This document shows, piece by piece, positions 30,789 through 42,686 of a stretch of 64,000 nucleotides of DNA (within the stretch, counting starts at the first letter, position 1; every line of letters starts with the position of its first letter). Below the pieces are notes generated by a model. It made no database searches, was not told the origin of the DNA, and saw only the letters and a program-made list of their open reading frames with translations. Origin of the DNA: Nitrospirota bacterium (GTDB taxonomy: Bacteria > Nitrospirota > UBA9217); NCBI GenBank assembly GCA_963754875.1, contig CAVWHO010000021.1, positions 128,001-192,000 of the forward strand. The letters run 5' to 3'. A program made the position numbers and the translations under genes.

Positions 30789-32040
30789 TCACAACAAAGT
30801 TGCTACGAATTTATGCGCCGCTGTCATGAGTTCCAGCGGCATGTACTGTGCTTCATGCAGCATGTAGAGGTGCCGTTTTGATGTTTTAAACAAAAGCGGC
30901 AACTTGTCGGAAGACCGAATTGGCTTTGAAGGTAACTATCATCGGTCAGTTTAAAAGACGGAGAAACAATCTGCGATGGTTCGATAAAAAAGACATTCTC
31001 ATTCAAAAAAGGGACGATTTCTGCAAGCGGACCGATGAGGGCATCTTGATCGCGCTGTTGGGCCGTTCGAGGATCGCAACGATACCGTAAGTCGCCCGTG
31101 CACTCATCGGTGCCGACGAAATGTCATTATCGGCACTAACTGAAATGGGAAGGAATTCATCCGGTCTGGCGTAATCAGGAAGGTACAAAACATCCTGCGC
31201 CATGCCCACAGGCACGACATCGTCGAGAATCCCGAGGAAATACGTCGGCGGCGGCTGATGCGGAGCATTGAGGAGAATAGAATTCGCTTCAATCATATGC
31301 TGGTCTGTTTTGACACCGACAGGACGGTCGGTTTTGAAGGCTATCTCTAGCGGGCCCTTCGCCAAACGTTATGTCCCCACCGCTTTTCCGAAGTACGGCT
31401 AGCAAACGATCGGCGAGTTCCCTCGTCCCGCCGGAAACCGGACAGGCATCGTTTCGATGAGGGTTGTGAGTTTTGCAAGTGATAATTGTGAAAGCGGTTT
31501 TCGGAAAAAATAACGTGACTGGATTTCGAGAAAAATTGTGAATTCCCTGCTGAAATGGTACTTGCCGATAAAACCGGCTGCTGATTTGCGTTTTGCGAAG
31601 TAGGCGGCAATCCTGCTTTTCGTAATGCGTGCCGCTTGTTTCTTAAGGTCACGGTAAAATTTCTCAATTAATTGAATTTCCCGCGGAAATTCACGCTTCA
31701 GTTCGTCATGGGTCTCCTCTTGATTCGCCGAAACGGTTATCCTCCTATCGGGAAGCGCGACTTGAAAACAGCGTGCATTATTCAGTTCCTCGGGAGCATT
31801 GCCGAGTTTGGCGAAAATCTCTTGGAAAGCCCCGCCTTTTTCAAATCCGTAGGAAAGCGTGGGACCGTGGAAAAAACGGAACCCATCGAATTCCCGGACG
31901 CCCAGCGCTGCATCGAGAGAGGCGCCTGACTCAAGTACGGAGACTTTTTTCCCGCTTCTGCTCATCAGTGCCGCAACGGCGAGCCCGCCGAGCCCCGCTC
32001 CCGCAACAACTAAATCGTATTTGGGCACACTTCCTCCCAT
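30789..32040 (-). CDS. FAD/NAD(P)-binding oxidoreductase, phytoene desaturase-like; several frameshifts
   Basis: YDLVVAGAGLGGL Rossmann motif, LKREFPRE; continues in fragments 31003..31365 and 30824..31006, with a plausible end ...MTAAHKFVATLL* at 30789. Confidence 0.65.
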
Positions 32041-32045
32041 CCATC

Positions 32046-32092
32046 AAAAAACAAAAAAGGAAATAGGTTGTAGCAGTAACCTCCTATTTCCT
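32046..32092 (-). terminator. Rho-independent terminator after pnp
   Basis: AGGAAATAGG/CCTATTTCCT stem followed by a long U tract on the minus strand. Confidence 0.75.
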
Positions 32093-32132
32093 CTCCGTCA
32101 CCTGCATGCTCTCATATTAACCGTTGCTCTTA

Positions 32133-34227
32133 TTACGTCTTGCCTCTTTCACGCATTGCTTCTTTTCGGGAGAGACGAATCTTGCCTTGCCGGTCTATTT
32201 CGAGCACCTTCACGAGGACCTCATCTCCTTCTTTCAGCTCGTCGGTCACTTTTTCGAGCCTCTTATCGGAGATCTGCGAGATGTGCAGCAGCCCGTCGGT
32301 GCCGGGGAATATTTCCACAAACGCACCGAAGTCCATGATCTTCCGCACCTTGCCCATATAGATTTTGCCCGACTTCGGCTTCCTGGACAATACCACGGAT
32401 GATCTCTTTGGCCTTGTTCGCTGCCGCCTCGTCTGATGATGCGATGTTGATCACGCCGCTGTCTTCAATATCGATCTTGGCGCCCGTTTGTTCGACGATG
32501 CTTCTGATCACCTTGCCGCCGCTGCCGATCACATCCTTGATCTTGTCAGGGTTGATCTGCATGGTGATGATGCGAGGCGCGAAAGGATTGAGGTTCGTCC
32601 TCGGCGTGGAAAGCGTCTCCAGCATCTTTCCGAGGATATGCATCCGCCCGTCTTTTGCCTGCTGAAGAGCGCGGCGCATGACCTCGATCGTGATGCCTTC
32701 GATTTTCATGTCCATCTGGAGAGCGGTGATGCCCTTGCTCGTTCCGGTCACCTTAAAGTCCATATCGCCGAGGTGGTCTTCAAGACCGAGGATATCGGAA
32801 AGGACTATTACCTTATCCCCTTCCTTGATGAGCCCCATGGCAATTCCGGCGACCGGCGCCTTGATCGGAACACCGGCATCCATAAGAGCGAGTGTCCCGC
32901 CGCAGACCGTGGCCATCGACGAAGAACCGTTGGATTCGAGAATATCCGATACGAGCCGGATAGTATAGGGGAATTCCAGCTTGGTGGGCACCATTGCCTT
33001 GAGCGCCCGCTCTGCAAGCGCTCCGTGTCCGACTTCACGCCTGCCCGGTCCCCTGAGCGGCTTGGTTTCACCTACGCTGAAGGGCGGGAAATTGTAGTGC
33101 AGCATGAAGGTCTTGAAATATTCACCTTCAAGTGAATCGATCCGCTGTTCGTCCTCGGAAGTCCCGAGGGTGGCAACGACCAGGGCCTGAGTTTCACCGC
33201 GGGTAAAGAGTGCTGAACCGTGCGTCCGGGGCAGGAGGCCGACCACGGAGCTGATCGGCCTGATCTGGTCGGGCTTTCTGCCGTCAGCGCGGATGTTCTT
33301 TTCGAGGATGATCTTGCGGACCTCATTCTTTTCCAGGTCCAGGAAGATCGACGAGATCTGACGGCCCCGCAGGGGGTCGTCCTCCTTCTTCAGCTTCTGT
33401 TTGATCTCGTCGAGCAGGGCGTCGAGCGTCTTCTGACGCTCCATCTTGTTCGGGATAACGATTGCGGTCAGCAGGCGTTCCATGGCAAGAGCAGCCACTT
33501 GCTTGGCAAGCTCCTGATCGATCTCTACGACCTTGACGGTCCGCTTCTGTTTCCCGACCTTTGCAACCAGTTCGTTCTGAAGGGCAACAAGCTTCTTGAT
33601 CTCGCGGTGAGCTGTTTCGAGCGCCTCAAGCATCTCGTCTTCGGTCAGCTCATTCGCTCCGCCTTCCACCATCATGATGGCTTCGGCCGTGCCCGCGACA
33701 ACGAGGTTGAGACGTGTCGTCTCGAGCTCTTTCTGGCCCGGATTGATGATGAATTTGCCATCGACAAGACCGACCCGCACCGCCCCGATGGGCCCGTTAA
33801 ACGGGATATCGGAAATGGCGATCGCCGCAGATGATGCGATCATCCCCATGAGATCCATCGAGCTTTCTTCGCCGATCGAAAGCACCGACGCAATGACCTG
33901 CGTATCATAGTAATAGCCATCAGGAAACAACGGCCTGATCGGCCGGTCAATCAACCTCGATGTCAGGATTTCCTTTTCAGTCTGCCGTCCCTCGCGCTTA
34001 AAAAAACCGCCCGGGATCCTTCCGGCAGCATAGGCCTTTTCCTGGTAATCCACGGTCAACGGGAGAAAATCAACATTTTCCCGTTCTACCTTCGATGCAA
34101 CGGCCGTTGAAAGGACTACGGTATCGCCGTACTTCGCTACGACAGCACCGCCTGCCTGTTTGGCCATTAATCCGGTTTCCAGAATGAACCGTTTGCCGCC
34201 TATTTCTGTCTCTACAGTTGTTACCAT
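32133..34227 (-). CDS. pnp: polyribonucleotide nucleotidyltransferase; frameshift near 32375
   Basis: [28 protein letters not shown] domain; S1 domain in ORF 32133..32396. Confidence 0.97.
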
Positions 34228-34259
34228 GAAACCTCACTTTTTAATTGTTAGCGTAATGT

Positions 34260-34523
34260 TTATTTGCGTATACCGAGCTGGTCTATGACCTGACGGTAAC
34301 GGTCCAGATCGTTTTTCTTCAAATAGTCCAGATGGCGACGCCGCTGGCCGACCATTTTCAGGAGACCTCTCCGCGAATGGTGGTCATGCTTGTGCGCCTG
34401 CAGGTGTTCCGTCAGGTGACTGATACGCCCGCTTAAAAGCGCTATCTGCACTTCCGGAGAACCCGTGTCCGTTGCGTGTCTGCGATAGGTACTGATCACG
34501 CTGGTTTTCTGTTCTTTATCCAT
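34260..34523 (-). CDS. rpsO: 30S ribosomal protein S15
   Basis: [28 protein letters not shown]. Confidence 0.97.
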   Translation of the reverse strand: MDKEQKTSVISTYRRHATDTGSPEVQIALLSGRISHLTEHLQAHKHDHHSRRGLLKMVGQRRRHLDYLKKNDLDRYRQVIDQLGIRK

Positions 34524-34563
34524 AACCGCACCCTCCTTTCTTAAGACATTTCTAAAGCGAGAT

Positions 34564-34592
34564 AAAATATCATATTTACAGCATGTTGTAAA
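34564..34592 (-). promoter_or_regulatory. putative promoter of rpsO
   Basis: TTTACA-N17-TATTTT, followed by SD AAGGAGG. Confidence 0.45.
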
Positions 34593-34609
34593 GCTATTTA
34601 TTCACTATT

Positions 34610-35517
34610 CTAAGAAAAAACGAGCTCCGGTTTCAGCATCCCTGCTGCGACCCGCGCAAGGGCCAGCAGCCTGCCGCCTTGATCTTGAAGTCTGACGAGA
34701 TCGTTCGTTCTGTTTGCAAAAGATCCGGGACAGGGGACCTGGTTTCCGTGCATTACCCTGGCTGACTCTGCTATCGCTGACCAGGACCATCGGGAAATCG
34801 GCAAGCGCTTCGCTGGTCGAAATAAGAGCCTGTTCTCTCAGCGACGGATTCTCCATGTCTGCAAGTTTGTCGAGCGTAACAGACTGTTCAATGATGAACC
34901 GGCCGGAACGGGTTCTCACGAGACCGGTGAGGTGCGCACCCATGCCCGAGCATTTCCCCGATATCCGCACAGAGCGTCCGTATATATACGCCTTTCGAGC
35001 ATCTTACGGTAAAGCTCACGAAGGGATCGTCGTACGCCGTTAAGTGCAATATCGTAAATATTCACCTGCCGGGGTTTCAGCGGTTCCGCCTTCCCTTCTC
35101 TGGCAAGTTTATAGGACGGCACTCCCGCCACCTTTATTGCCGAGATAAGCAGGAGGCTGCTGCATGATCGTCCCGATAAACCGCCCGAAAACGTCGAGAA
35201 CCGTTTCTCTCGAGGGGGAGCATAGGCCCGAGTTTCCAAAACGCGCCCCTCCGCATCAAGCGTATCAGTCGTCACGCCAAGACGCATTAGTTGCCTGGTA
35301 TTCTTTTTCTCCGGCTTCGAGATACTGGGCGATCCTCGTTGCCTTTCCCACACAAAGAACAAGCACACCGGTTGCGAGAGGATCGAGCGTTCCCGTATGA
35401 CCGATCCGTTTTTCCTTCAGGAGAGAGCGGACTTTTTGCACGACATCGTGCGACGTCATGCCTGATCGGTTTATGGATATTAACGACGCCGTCCATCGGG
35501 ATCAGGACCTCCGTCAC
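34610..35517 (-). CDS. truB: tRNA pseudouridine(55) synthase; multiple frameshifts
   Basis: TSHDVV...[22 protein letters not shown]...[14 protein letters not shown] across fragments. Confidence 0.9.
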
Positions 35518-35540
35518 CGAGTTGGCACTGACGGCTTTTA

Positions 35541-36481
35541 CTACGCGTTGATGACCGTCTTTTTTACGTCTTCCAGTGCGCCGTTCACAGCGCCTCCGGC
35601 GGCATTCTTATGTCCTCCGCCGCCAAATGATTGAGCAAGACGGGAAAGGTCAATACGCCCTTTGGAGCGCAGGCTCAGTTTATACTGAGATTCTCCGGTT
35701 TGTCGGAATAGAACTGCGACCTCTACGCCTTTGACGGAGCGGACAAAATTGATAAAACTGTCGGTGTCTTCAGCCGTAGTTCCCGTCTGCCGGAACAGTT
35801 CATCGGTTACCACAACCCATGCGACCCTACCGTCCTCACTCCGCTCCATACCGGCAAGGACCGCTCCCAGGAGCTTTAACCTCCGGTAGGCAAAGGATTC
35901 ATAAACATTTTCCGTGACAAGCCACGGGTCGGCACCGGCCTCGAGCATTGCAGCGGCGATCTTCATGCTCGTCGGCTGACGTATTAGAATAGCGGAACGA
36001 TCCGGTGTCGGTAAAAATGGCGGTGTACAGACAGAGCGCGATATCACGATCGATGGCCACACCGAGCTCTTGAATAAGTTTATAGATCATCTCGCCGCAT
36101 GCCGACGCGTCGGGATCGAGCCACGTCAGGGGCCATTCACGAGGGTTCGTGACGTGATGATCGATATTAATCAGGATATCTGCGGGATACTGTCTTGTCA
36201 AAAAGACCGGTGCGGGGCGGGTCAGCGTCAACGACGATATACGCGTCGTAGCGGCCCTGCACGGGTAAACCGGTTTCGATCCTGTCGGCATGTGGCAGAA
36301 ATCGGTAAATCTCCGGCACGGGGTCGAGATTGTGCACAGTCACGGTTTTGTGCATTTTTTTCAGTGCGAGCATGAGCGCCAGCTGGGAGCCGAGGGTGTC
36401 ACCGTCCGGACTTTTATGAGCGGAGACCAAGATGGTTTTACACCCTTTGAGCGTTTTTGCAATGCGGACAGGATCACTCAT
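35541..36481 (-). CDS. nrnA: DHH/DHHA1 oligoribonuclease-PAP phosphatase; frameshifted
   Basis: HKSPDGD, IDHH, TDTGSF, SLRSK, GGGGHKNAAG across three fragments. Confidence 0.88.
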
Positions 36482-36848
36482 CCGACGAATCCTTTTTATC
36501 GTCTCTCGCATGAATGTCGCGCAAAAGTTCCATGATGTGCGCCCCCTGCTCCACGGTGCTGTCATACTTGAAAAGGAGTTCGGGGATGACCCGCATGCGC
36601 ATACGCCTGCCGAGTTCAGACCTGATAAAGGGCGTCGCGCTCTTCAATCCCTTGAGCGACTCTTCTTTGTCCCCGCCGTAGACACTCACGAAGACCTTCG
36701 CGTTCTTCAGGTCGTCTGCAATATCAACATCTATGACGGTGACAAAGCCGATGCGGGGATCTTTGATTTTGCGCATCAGGATATCTGCAATCTCCTGCTT
36801 CATCTGGTCGCTGACGCGCTCTGATCGTTTAAACGTAGGTTTGGACAT
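36474..36848 (-). CDS. rbfA: ribosome-binding factor A
   Basis: KDPRIGFVTV, DLKNAKVFVS, PELLFKYD. Confidence 0.95.
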   Translation of the reverse strand: MSKPTFKRSERVSDQMKQEIADILMRKIKDPRIGFVTVIDVDIADDLKNAKVFVSVYGGDKEESLKGLKSATPFIRSELGRRMRMRVIPELLFKYDSTVEQGAHIMELLRDIHARDDKKDSSDE

Positions 36849-36925
36849 TGTGTTTAAATGAGGAAACAGATGGCAGTCGCCAGAAGAATCGTTACTTCCG
36901 GGTTCTGTCCTCCGGCTCCAGTCCT

Positions 36926-37207
36926 TTAAAATATCTCGATATGAAAGTCCAGAAGATCTATTTCCGGGACACCTCGAACCATGTTCAGTACATGGTCCAG
37001 TGTCTGGTTAAGGTGGGCTTTGTCATTACTCACAGCGGCTACTGCCAGGGACGCCTTTTGCCAGAGATCATTGTCTTCAATTTCAGCCACGGATACGTTG
37101 AACTTGTTCCGAATCCGGTCCTTCAGGCTGCGAATCGAATGTCTCTTGGTCTTGAGCGAACCGCTTTCAGAAACATGTAATTCTATCGTACAAACGCCGA
37201 TGAACAT
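36926..37207 (-). CDS. DUF503 (YlxP-like) protein
   Basis: SLKTKR...KFNVSVAE...DLWQ; between infB and rbfA. Confidence 0.88.
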   Translation of the reverse strand: MFIGVCTIELHVSESGSLKTKRHSIRSLKDRIRNKFNVSVAEIEDNDLWQKASLAVAAVSNDKAHLNQTLDHVLNMVRGVPEIDLLDFHIEIF

Positions 37208-37303
37208 AAGTCTTGGCCGCGAAACCGCCGCCTCGCCGGTACGAGCATCACACGAAGCTTTTCGCCAATCCGATCTCTGTGCTGCGGCGAAAGGACAGAG
37301 CAG

Positions 37304-39874
37304 CTACAACTTTGCCGCGACCTTGTCGATGACGAAGGCCTCAATGATGTCGCCCACCTTGATATCGTTGAAATTCTCGACGCCGATGCCGCATTCGTAT
37401 CCTGATTGCACTTCCCGAACGTCGTCTTTGAAGCGTTTCAGGGAATGGAGCTTCCCTTCGTAGATCAACACGTTGTCACGAAGCACCCTGACGCCGTCGT
37501 TTTGCCTCGTCATGACGCCGTCGATCACATACGAGCCTGCAATCGTGCCGATCTTGGATACATGGAACGTCTGGCGGACTTCCGCACGGCCCAGGATGCG
37601 CTCTTTGAGCGTCGGCTCAAGCAAGCCCTCCATGGCGGCCTTGATATCGTCGATGGCGTTATAGATGATGTTGTACAACCGAATGTCCACGCCTTCGCGC
37701 TGGGCGAGTTCGGTAGCCTTGGGCTCGGCACGGACGCTGAATCCGATGATGATGGCATTCGACGCCGCCGCCAACATGACGTCGGTCTCGGTAATGGCGC
37801 CTACGGAGCTGTGGATGACCTTGAGCTTGACCGCGGTGGTGGACAGCTTCTCGAGCGAATCCACAATAGCGCCAGCGGACCCGGACACGTCCGCCTTGAT
37901 CACGATGTTGAGTTCCTTCACCATGCCTTCCTGTATCTGGGTATGGAGGTCTTCGAGCGTCACTTTCTTCAACGAGCCCATCTCGGTGCTTCTCTGCTTT
38001 GTTTGTCTGAGCTCCGCGATCTGGCGGGCCTTGCGTTCTTCTTCGATGACCGCAAAACGATCACCTGCGAGGGGAACGCTGGAAAAACCTATGACTTCGG
38101 CCGGCATGGAAGGACCGGCGCTCTCGATCCGTTCGCCCTGATCGTTGATAAGTGCACGAACCTTCCCGAATTGGGCGCCCGTTACGAAGAAATCGCCCAC
38201 TTTGAGCGTACCTGACTGCACGAGCACTGTTGCTACGGGTCCGCGGCCGCGGTCAAGTTTGGCTTCGATGACGGCGCCGCGTGCCATTTTATCGGGGTTC
38301 GCTTTCAGTTCAAGCACGTCGGCCTGGATAAGGATCATCTCGAGCAAATGTTCGAGGCCGATCTTCTTCTTGGCCGATACCTCGCAGAAAATGGTTTGAC
38401 CGCCCCACTCTTCGGGTGTAAGCTCGAATTCCGCGAGTTCCTGCTTGACCCGGTCCGGCTTTGCATCGGGCTTGTCGATTTTATTGATAGCGACGATAAT
38501 GGGAACGCCGGCAGCTTTCGCGTGGTTGACCGCTTCACGCGTTTGCGGCATGACGCCGTCGTCTGCCGCAACAACGAGGATGACAATATCTGTTACCTGC
38601 GCGCCGCGTGCCCGCATGGCCGTGAATGCAGCATGGCCCGGCGTGTCAAGGAAGGTAATATCTCTTCCTTTCAGCGTGACCTGGTAAGCGCCGATATGCT
38701 GAGTGATCCCGCCAGCTTCCCTCGAAACAACATTGGTTTCCCGGATTGAATCGAGCAGGGATGTCTTTCCATGGTCGACGTGCCCCATGATCGTGACCAC
38801 GGGCGGTCTGGCGACCATAGTCTCGGCCGCATCGGCAACCTCTTCAAGAACGTCTTCAGCGGACTCAATGCCCGCAATCTCGGCCTTGACGCCGTATTCT
38901 TCGGCCATCAACAAGGCCGCATCCATATCCATGGGCTGGTTCTGCGTCGCCATAATGCCCATGACCATAAGCTTCTTGATGACGTCTCCCACTTTCTGGC
39001 CCATGACCTCGGCGAATTCTTTGATCGTACACCCTTCCTGGATTTTAACGACTTTTTTCCGGGGTTTCGTGATCTCCGCTACTTCGGTCTGCGGTCCACT
39101 GTGCCTGTCGTCCTTCTTATGCGGTTTCTTGCCGATAGGAAGCGTTTTCAGGTCGGGAAGCTTTTTGAAAGACGGTTTTTCTCTGAATTCACGCTCTTTT
39201 TTCTGGTCATAATCGGGCTGCTTCTTTTGCCATTTTTTCTTTGCCGGCTTGGCCGGAGCCGGGGCAAGGGAAGGCGGGACCTGCGAGGGCTCTAAAACAC
39301 GGGATCCGAAAGTCGGTTTTGTAAAAAGTCTGGCGCCAGGGCGCGGAGAGGGGCCTCCGGGTCTCCCCAGTGGCTGCTGCATCCGCGCAGCAGGAGGCAG
39401 AACATGACGTCCCCGCTCAGCCGGTTGCGGTTGCTGCTGTGCAACCGGAGGAGTCTGAGCAGACGGTACAACTTTAGGCTCTTCTGATGGAACGGGTTGA
39501 GCCGGTTTTACCTGGCCCGGCGGGGGAATGAGCGGCGGAGCTGGCATCTCGGGCTTCGGCGGTGGAATCGGTGCGGGTTTCGGTTTTGTTCCCGGTTTCT
39601 CCAGCGTAGATGAAAACTTTCCGATCAATGCGGCTGCTTTTTTCAATCGTTCTTCTTTCGAAAGGAGAGGATCAACAGTTTCTTTTTTCGTCTTTTCTTT
39701 TTCTTTTTCCTTGCGAACGGCCTTGAGCTTCTCGATCAGGGATTTCGTCTCTTTGTCGTCGAGTCCGCTGGACGCAGTTTTCCCCTTGATGCCCATCTTT
39801 TCGAGCACCGAGACAAGGTCCTTGCTCTCGACTCCCATTTTTTTTGCCAGCTCATGTACCCTGATCACGGTCAT
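37304..39874 (-). CDS. infB: translation initiation factor IF-2
   Basis: RVHELAK N-terminus, [18 protein letters not shown]. Confidence 0.98.
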   Translation of the reverse strand: MTVIRVHELAKKMGVESKDLVSVLEKMGIKGKTASSGLDDKETKSLIEKLKAVRKEKEKEKTKKETVDPLLSKEERLKKAAALIGKFSSTLEKPGTKPKPAPIPPPKPEMPAPPLIPPPGQVKPAQPVPSEEPKVVPSAQTPPVAQQQPQPAERGRHVLPPAARMQQPLGRPGGPSPRPGARLFTKPTFGSRVLEPSQVPPSLAPAPAKPAKKKWQKKQPDYDQKKEREFREKPSFKKLPDLKTLPIGKKPHKKDDRHSGPQTEVAEITKPRKKVVKIQEGCTIKEFAEVMGQKVGDVIKKLMVMGIMATQNQPMDMDAALLMAEEYGVKAEIAGIESAEDVLEEVADAAETMVARPPVVTIMGHVDHGKTSLLDSIRETNVVSREAGGITQHIGAYQVTLKGRDITFLDTPGHAAFTAMRARGAQVTDIVILVVAADDGVMPQTREAVNHAKAAGVPIIVAINKIDKPDAKPDRVKQELAEFELTPEEWGGQTIFCEVSAKKKIGLEHLLEMILIQADVLELKANPDKMARGAVIEAKLDRGRGPVATVLVQSGTLKVGDFFVTGAQFGKVRALINDQGERIESAGPSMPAEVIGFSSVPLAGDRFAVIEEERKARQIAELRQTKQRSTEMGSLKKVTLEDLHTQIQEGMVKELNIVIKADVSGSAGAIVDSLEKLSTTAVKLKVIHSSVGAITETDVMLAAASNAIIIGFSVRAEPKATELAQREGVDIRLYNIIYNAIDDIKAAMEGLLEPTLKERILGRAEVRQTFHVSKIGTIAGSYVIDGVMTRQNDGVRVLRDNVLIYEGKLHSLKRFKDDVREVQSGYECGIGVENFNDIKVGDIIEAFVIDKVAAKL

Positions 39875-39956
39875 AAAATCTCATCCCCCCGGCGGTTCTC
39901 AGCACTTAACAGCACTATTCAGTAAATTGCTAAATAAATTAATGCGATATTTTACT

Positions 39957-40553
39957 CTACTCATTGACATTTATCAAGCCTTTTAATCTTTGCGTCTCGT
40001 TCCAGAGCGCATCTGCAAGCCCTTTATCGAGAATCGCAATGACTCCGACCAGTTCGCGGTTGAGAATGCTCCCGTAAACATCGCGTGTAAAGAGCGTCGC
40101 GCTACGTATAGACTTGGTCACCTGTATTGTAATCTTCTCCTTGGTCCCCTCAGACAAGTCTTCAGCGTAAAGCAGGAGTTCCACCCGCCCCTTCTCGAGA
40201 GCATCCTGCACTGCTGAATATCCCGCTGCCAGTTTCCCGGCCTTCAGTGAGATGGAGAGCAGCGACTTGATCTTTTCCGTGATACTCGTCGACAACTGGG
40301 CCAAAAAATCTTCTGCATCCGGGGGGCGGATCTTGATCCGCAGGGACCTCCCCAAGGCTTCTTTGGTGAGCGCTTTTTTGATGCACTCGGTCTTCGGGCA
40401 TATATAAGCGGCGCGACCGTCCAATTTTTCACGATAATCGATGACAACACTCTCAGGACCGGCGACTATCCTGACAACGTCGTCTTTATTGAAAACCTTT
40501 TTACAGCCTATGCACGTCCGTTCCGGTTGATGTCTCATGTTCCCCGCGGGCAT
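39957..40553 (-). CDS. YlxR (DUF448)-L7Ae (YlxQ-like) fusion RNA-binding protein
   Basis: PERTCIGC...GRAAYIC...C N-terminal domain; LLSISLKAGKLAAGY...LLLYAED L7Ae-like C-terminal domain. Confidence 0.82.
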   Translation of the reverse strand: MPAGNMRHQPERTCIGCKKVFNKDDVVRIVAGPESVVIDYREKLDGRAAYICPKTECIKKALTKEALGRSLRIKIRPPDAEDFLAQLSTSITEKIKSLLSISLKAGKLAAGYSAVQDALEKGRVELLLYAEDLSEGTKEKITIQVTKSIRSATLFTRDVYGSILNRELVGVIAILDKGLADALWNETQRLKGLINVNE

Positions 40554-40562
40554 GAATACCGT

Positions 40563-41915
40563 TTACTTCCCGAGCAGGGCACGGGCAGACACGAGGATTT
40601 TCTGTGCCGTTTTTTCACCGATGCCCGGTACGGCAAGGATTTCTTCATCAGACATGGCCGCAATCTTTTCCACGGTGTCATAGCCCGCCGTCTTGAGCTG
40701 TTCCGCGGTCTTCTCGCCAACTCCGTCGATAGCGGTCAAATCAGCGTCTGTCATCTCGGTTCCCGGCTTTCCTTCTGTTGGCGAGGCTTCCATGGTTGCC
40801 GCCGCTTCGGTTTCCTCGGCCATCTTACGCGTCTCTTCAACAATGGCGGCCTCGATCTCTTGTTCGCGTTCTTTCTGGCGTTCCTGATCATATTCAGATT
40901 CGCTCAGGATATCGATCTTCCAACCCGTAAGTTTTGCTGCAAGCCTCACGTTCTGTCCTTTTTTGCCGATCGCGAGGGAAAGCTGGGTATCAGCGACCAC
41001 GGCGAGAGCTGAGCGGTCTTCCTCGGTTACGCCGACCTTTTCAACAACGGCGGGGCTCAATGCCTTCGCGATAAAGATGCGAGGATCTTCGGACCAGGGA
41101 ATGATATCAATCTTCTCTCCCCGCAGTTCGCGGACTACGGCCTGCACACGCGAGCCTTTCATGCCGACGCAGGCACCGACTGGATCGACCTGCGATTCCT
41201 TGGAGGAAACAGCGATCTTTGTGCGGTCACCTGCCTCGCGGACAACACCTTTGACCTCGACAATGTTCTCATAGATTTCGGGCACTTCCATCTCGAACAG
41301 CCGCGCGACGAAATCCGGATGAGCGCGGGAAAGCACCACTTGCGGCCCCTTCGACGTGTCACGCACTTCCTGCACGTAAGCGCGGACACGGTCTCCCCTG
41401 CGGTAGCTCTCGCGGGGCACCTGTTCGCGCGCGGGCAGCACCGCCTCGGTCTTTCCCAGATCGATGTAGTAAGCGCCCTTCTCATGACGCAGCACAATGC
41501 CGTTCACAAGCTGGCCGATTTTGTCGTTGAACTCTTTGAATATGACATCACGTTCAGCCTCGCGCACCTTCTGCACAATGACCTGGCGCGCGGTCTGCGC
41601 CGCGATCCTACCGAACCCCTGGAACTCAACCTGAAGCGGGACCTCGCCGTCCATTTGCGCTTCGGGATAGAGCGTCTGGGCCTCTTCCAGCGTTATTTCT
41701 TCATCGGGGTTCGCCACGTCCTGCACGACCTTTTTATAGGCATACATGACGATATCGCCCCGCTTCGGGTCGATCTGCACCGCGATCCGCTGCGCCCCGT
41801 ACTTTTTCTTGGCAGCGCTCACGAGTGCCGATTCAACGGCTTCGATCACCATTTCCTTGGATATTCCCTTTTCTTTGCTGATCTGGTCTATCACATGAAT
41901 CAATTCCTGACTCAT
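40563..41915 (-). CDS. nusA: transcription factor NusA
   Basis: FGRIAAQTARQ, DPVGACVG, AIGKKGQNVRLA, C-terminal HhH domain; SD AGGAGG before ATG 41915. Confidence 0.97.
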   Translation of the reverse strand: MSQELIHVIDQISKEKGISKEMVIEAVESALVSAAKKKYGAQRIAVQIDPKRGDIVMYAYKKVVQDVANPDEEITLEEAQTLYPEAQMDGEVPLQVEFQGFGRIAAQTARQVIVQKVREAERDVIFKEFNDKIGQLVNGIVLRHEKGAYYIDLGKTEAVLPAREQVPRESYRRGDRVRAYVQEVRDTSKGPQVVLSRAHPDFVARLFEMEVPEIYENIVEVKGVVREAGDRTKIAVSSKESQVDPVGACVGMKGSRVQAVVRELRGEKIDIIPWSEDPRIFIAKALSPAVVEKVGVTEEDRSALAVVADTQLSLAIGKKGQNVRLAAKLTGWKIDILSESEYDQERQKEREQEIEAAIVEETRKMAEETEAAATMEASPTEGKPGTEMTDADLTAIDGVGEKTAEQLKTAGYDTVEKIAAMSDEEILAVPGIGEKTAQKILVSARALLGK

Positions 41916-42026
41916 AGGTCTTTCTCCTCCTGACAAAATCTTCATGAATAAAAAAGTATGCGCCCCGTCTGTGGAACTATCTGCACGTACCATACAGGGG
42001 TGCGACAATAAAAATCTATAATTCTA

Positions 42027-42488
42027 TTAAAAAACCACCTCAAGAGCGGCCTTTGCAATATCGCGGAGCGGAATTTCCATTATCATCCCCGTTTCAAGCT
42101 CCACTTTTACTATTTCATTGGCCAGGCCGAGCAACTTGCCATGAAACACTTTCTGGCCGTTCATCTGCTGGTACGTTTTCACTTTGACTGCGCTACCCGC
42201 GAAACGGATATAGTGCTCGGGCTTAGACAACGTGCGATCCAACCCGGGAGAAGAGACCTCCAGAGTGTACGCGTGAGGAATGATGTCCTCCACATCCAGC
42301 AGCGCGCTTAAATCCCTGCTCACGGCCTCGCAATCATTCAGCGTGACACCTGGAGCCTCCCGGTCGATATAGACCCTCAGCAACCATTTCGGCCCTTGCT
42401 TTTGGAATTCCAGGTCCCAGAGGGAGAGCCCGAGCGATTCCAGAATCGGTTCAAGTAGCTGCCGGATCTGCTTATCCATATCGGCCAT
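42027..42488 (-). CDS. rimP: ribosome maturation factor RimP
   Basis: LRVYID, LDVED, YTLEVSSPGLDR. Confidence 0.96.
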   Translation of the reverse strand: MADMDKQIRQLLEPILESLGLSLWDLEFQKQGPKWLLRVYIDREAPGVTLNDCEAVSRDLSALLDVEDIIPHAYTLEVSSPGLDRTLSKPEHYIRFAGSAVKVKTYQQMNGQKVFHGKLLGLANEIVKVELETGMIMEIPLRDIAKAALEVVF

Positions 42489-42502
42489 GATTCCCCCCAA
42501 AT

Positions 42503-42533
42503 AAAAAGAGTGGGCAATGAAAATGCCCACTCT
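42503..42533 (-). promoter_or_regulatory. rimP leader terminator/attenuator
   Basis: AGAGTGGGCA-N7-TGCCCACTCT perfect stem plus U tract just upstream of the rimP RBS. Confidence 0.75.
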
Positions 42534-42686
42534 AAAAGGAATTTCCCAGAGTGTTGTTCTATTTTTAACACAGAGAAGATGGGAATGCAAGAAAAAAGTG
42601 CACGGATCAAGCTTTTTGCAGACTACTCGCGCATGGCAGGCAGAGCACCGGCTAGGAGCGGGCGCAGTAAATGGGGCAGGAAACGG

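Noticed and set aside
39230..39600. Pro/Gln-rich low-complexity stretch in infB as an insertion
   Set aside because: Variable low-complexity N-terminal linkers are normal in IF-2.
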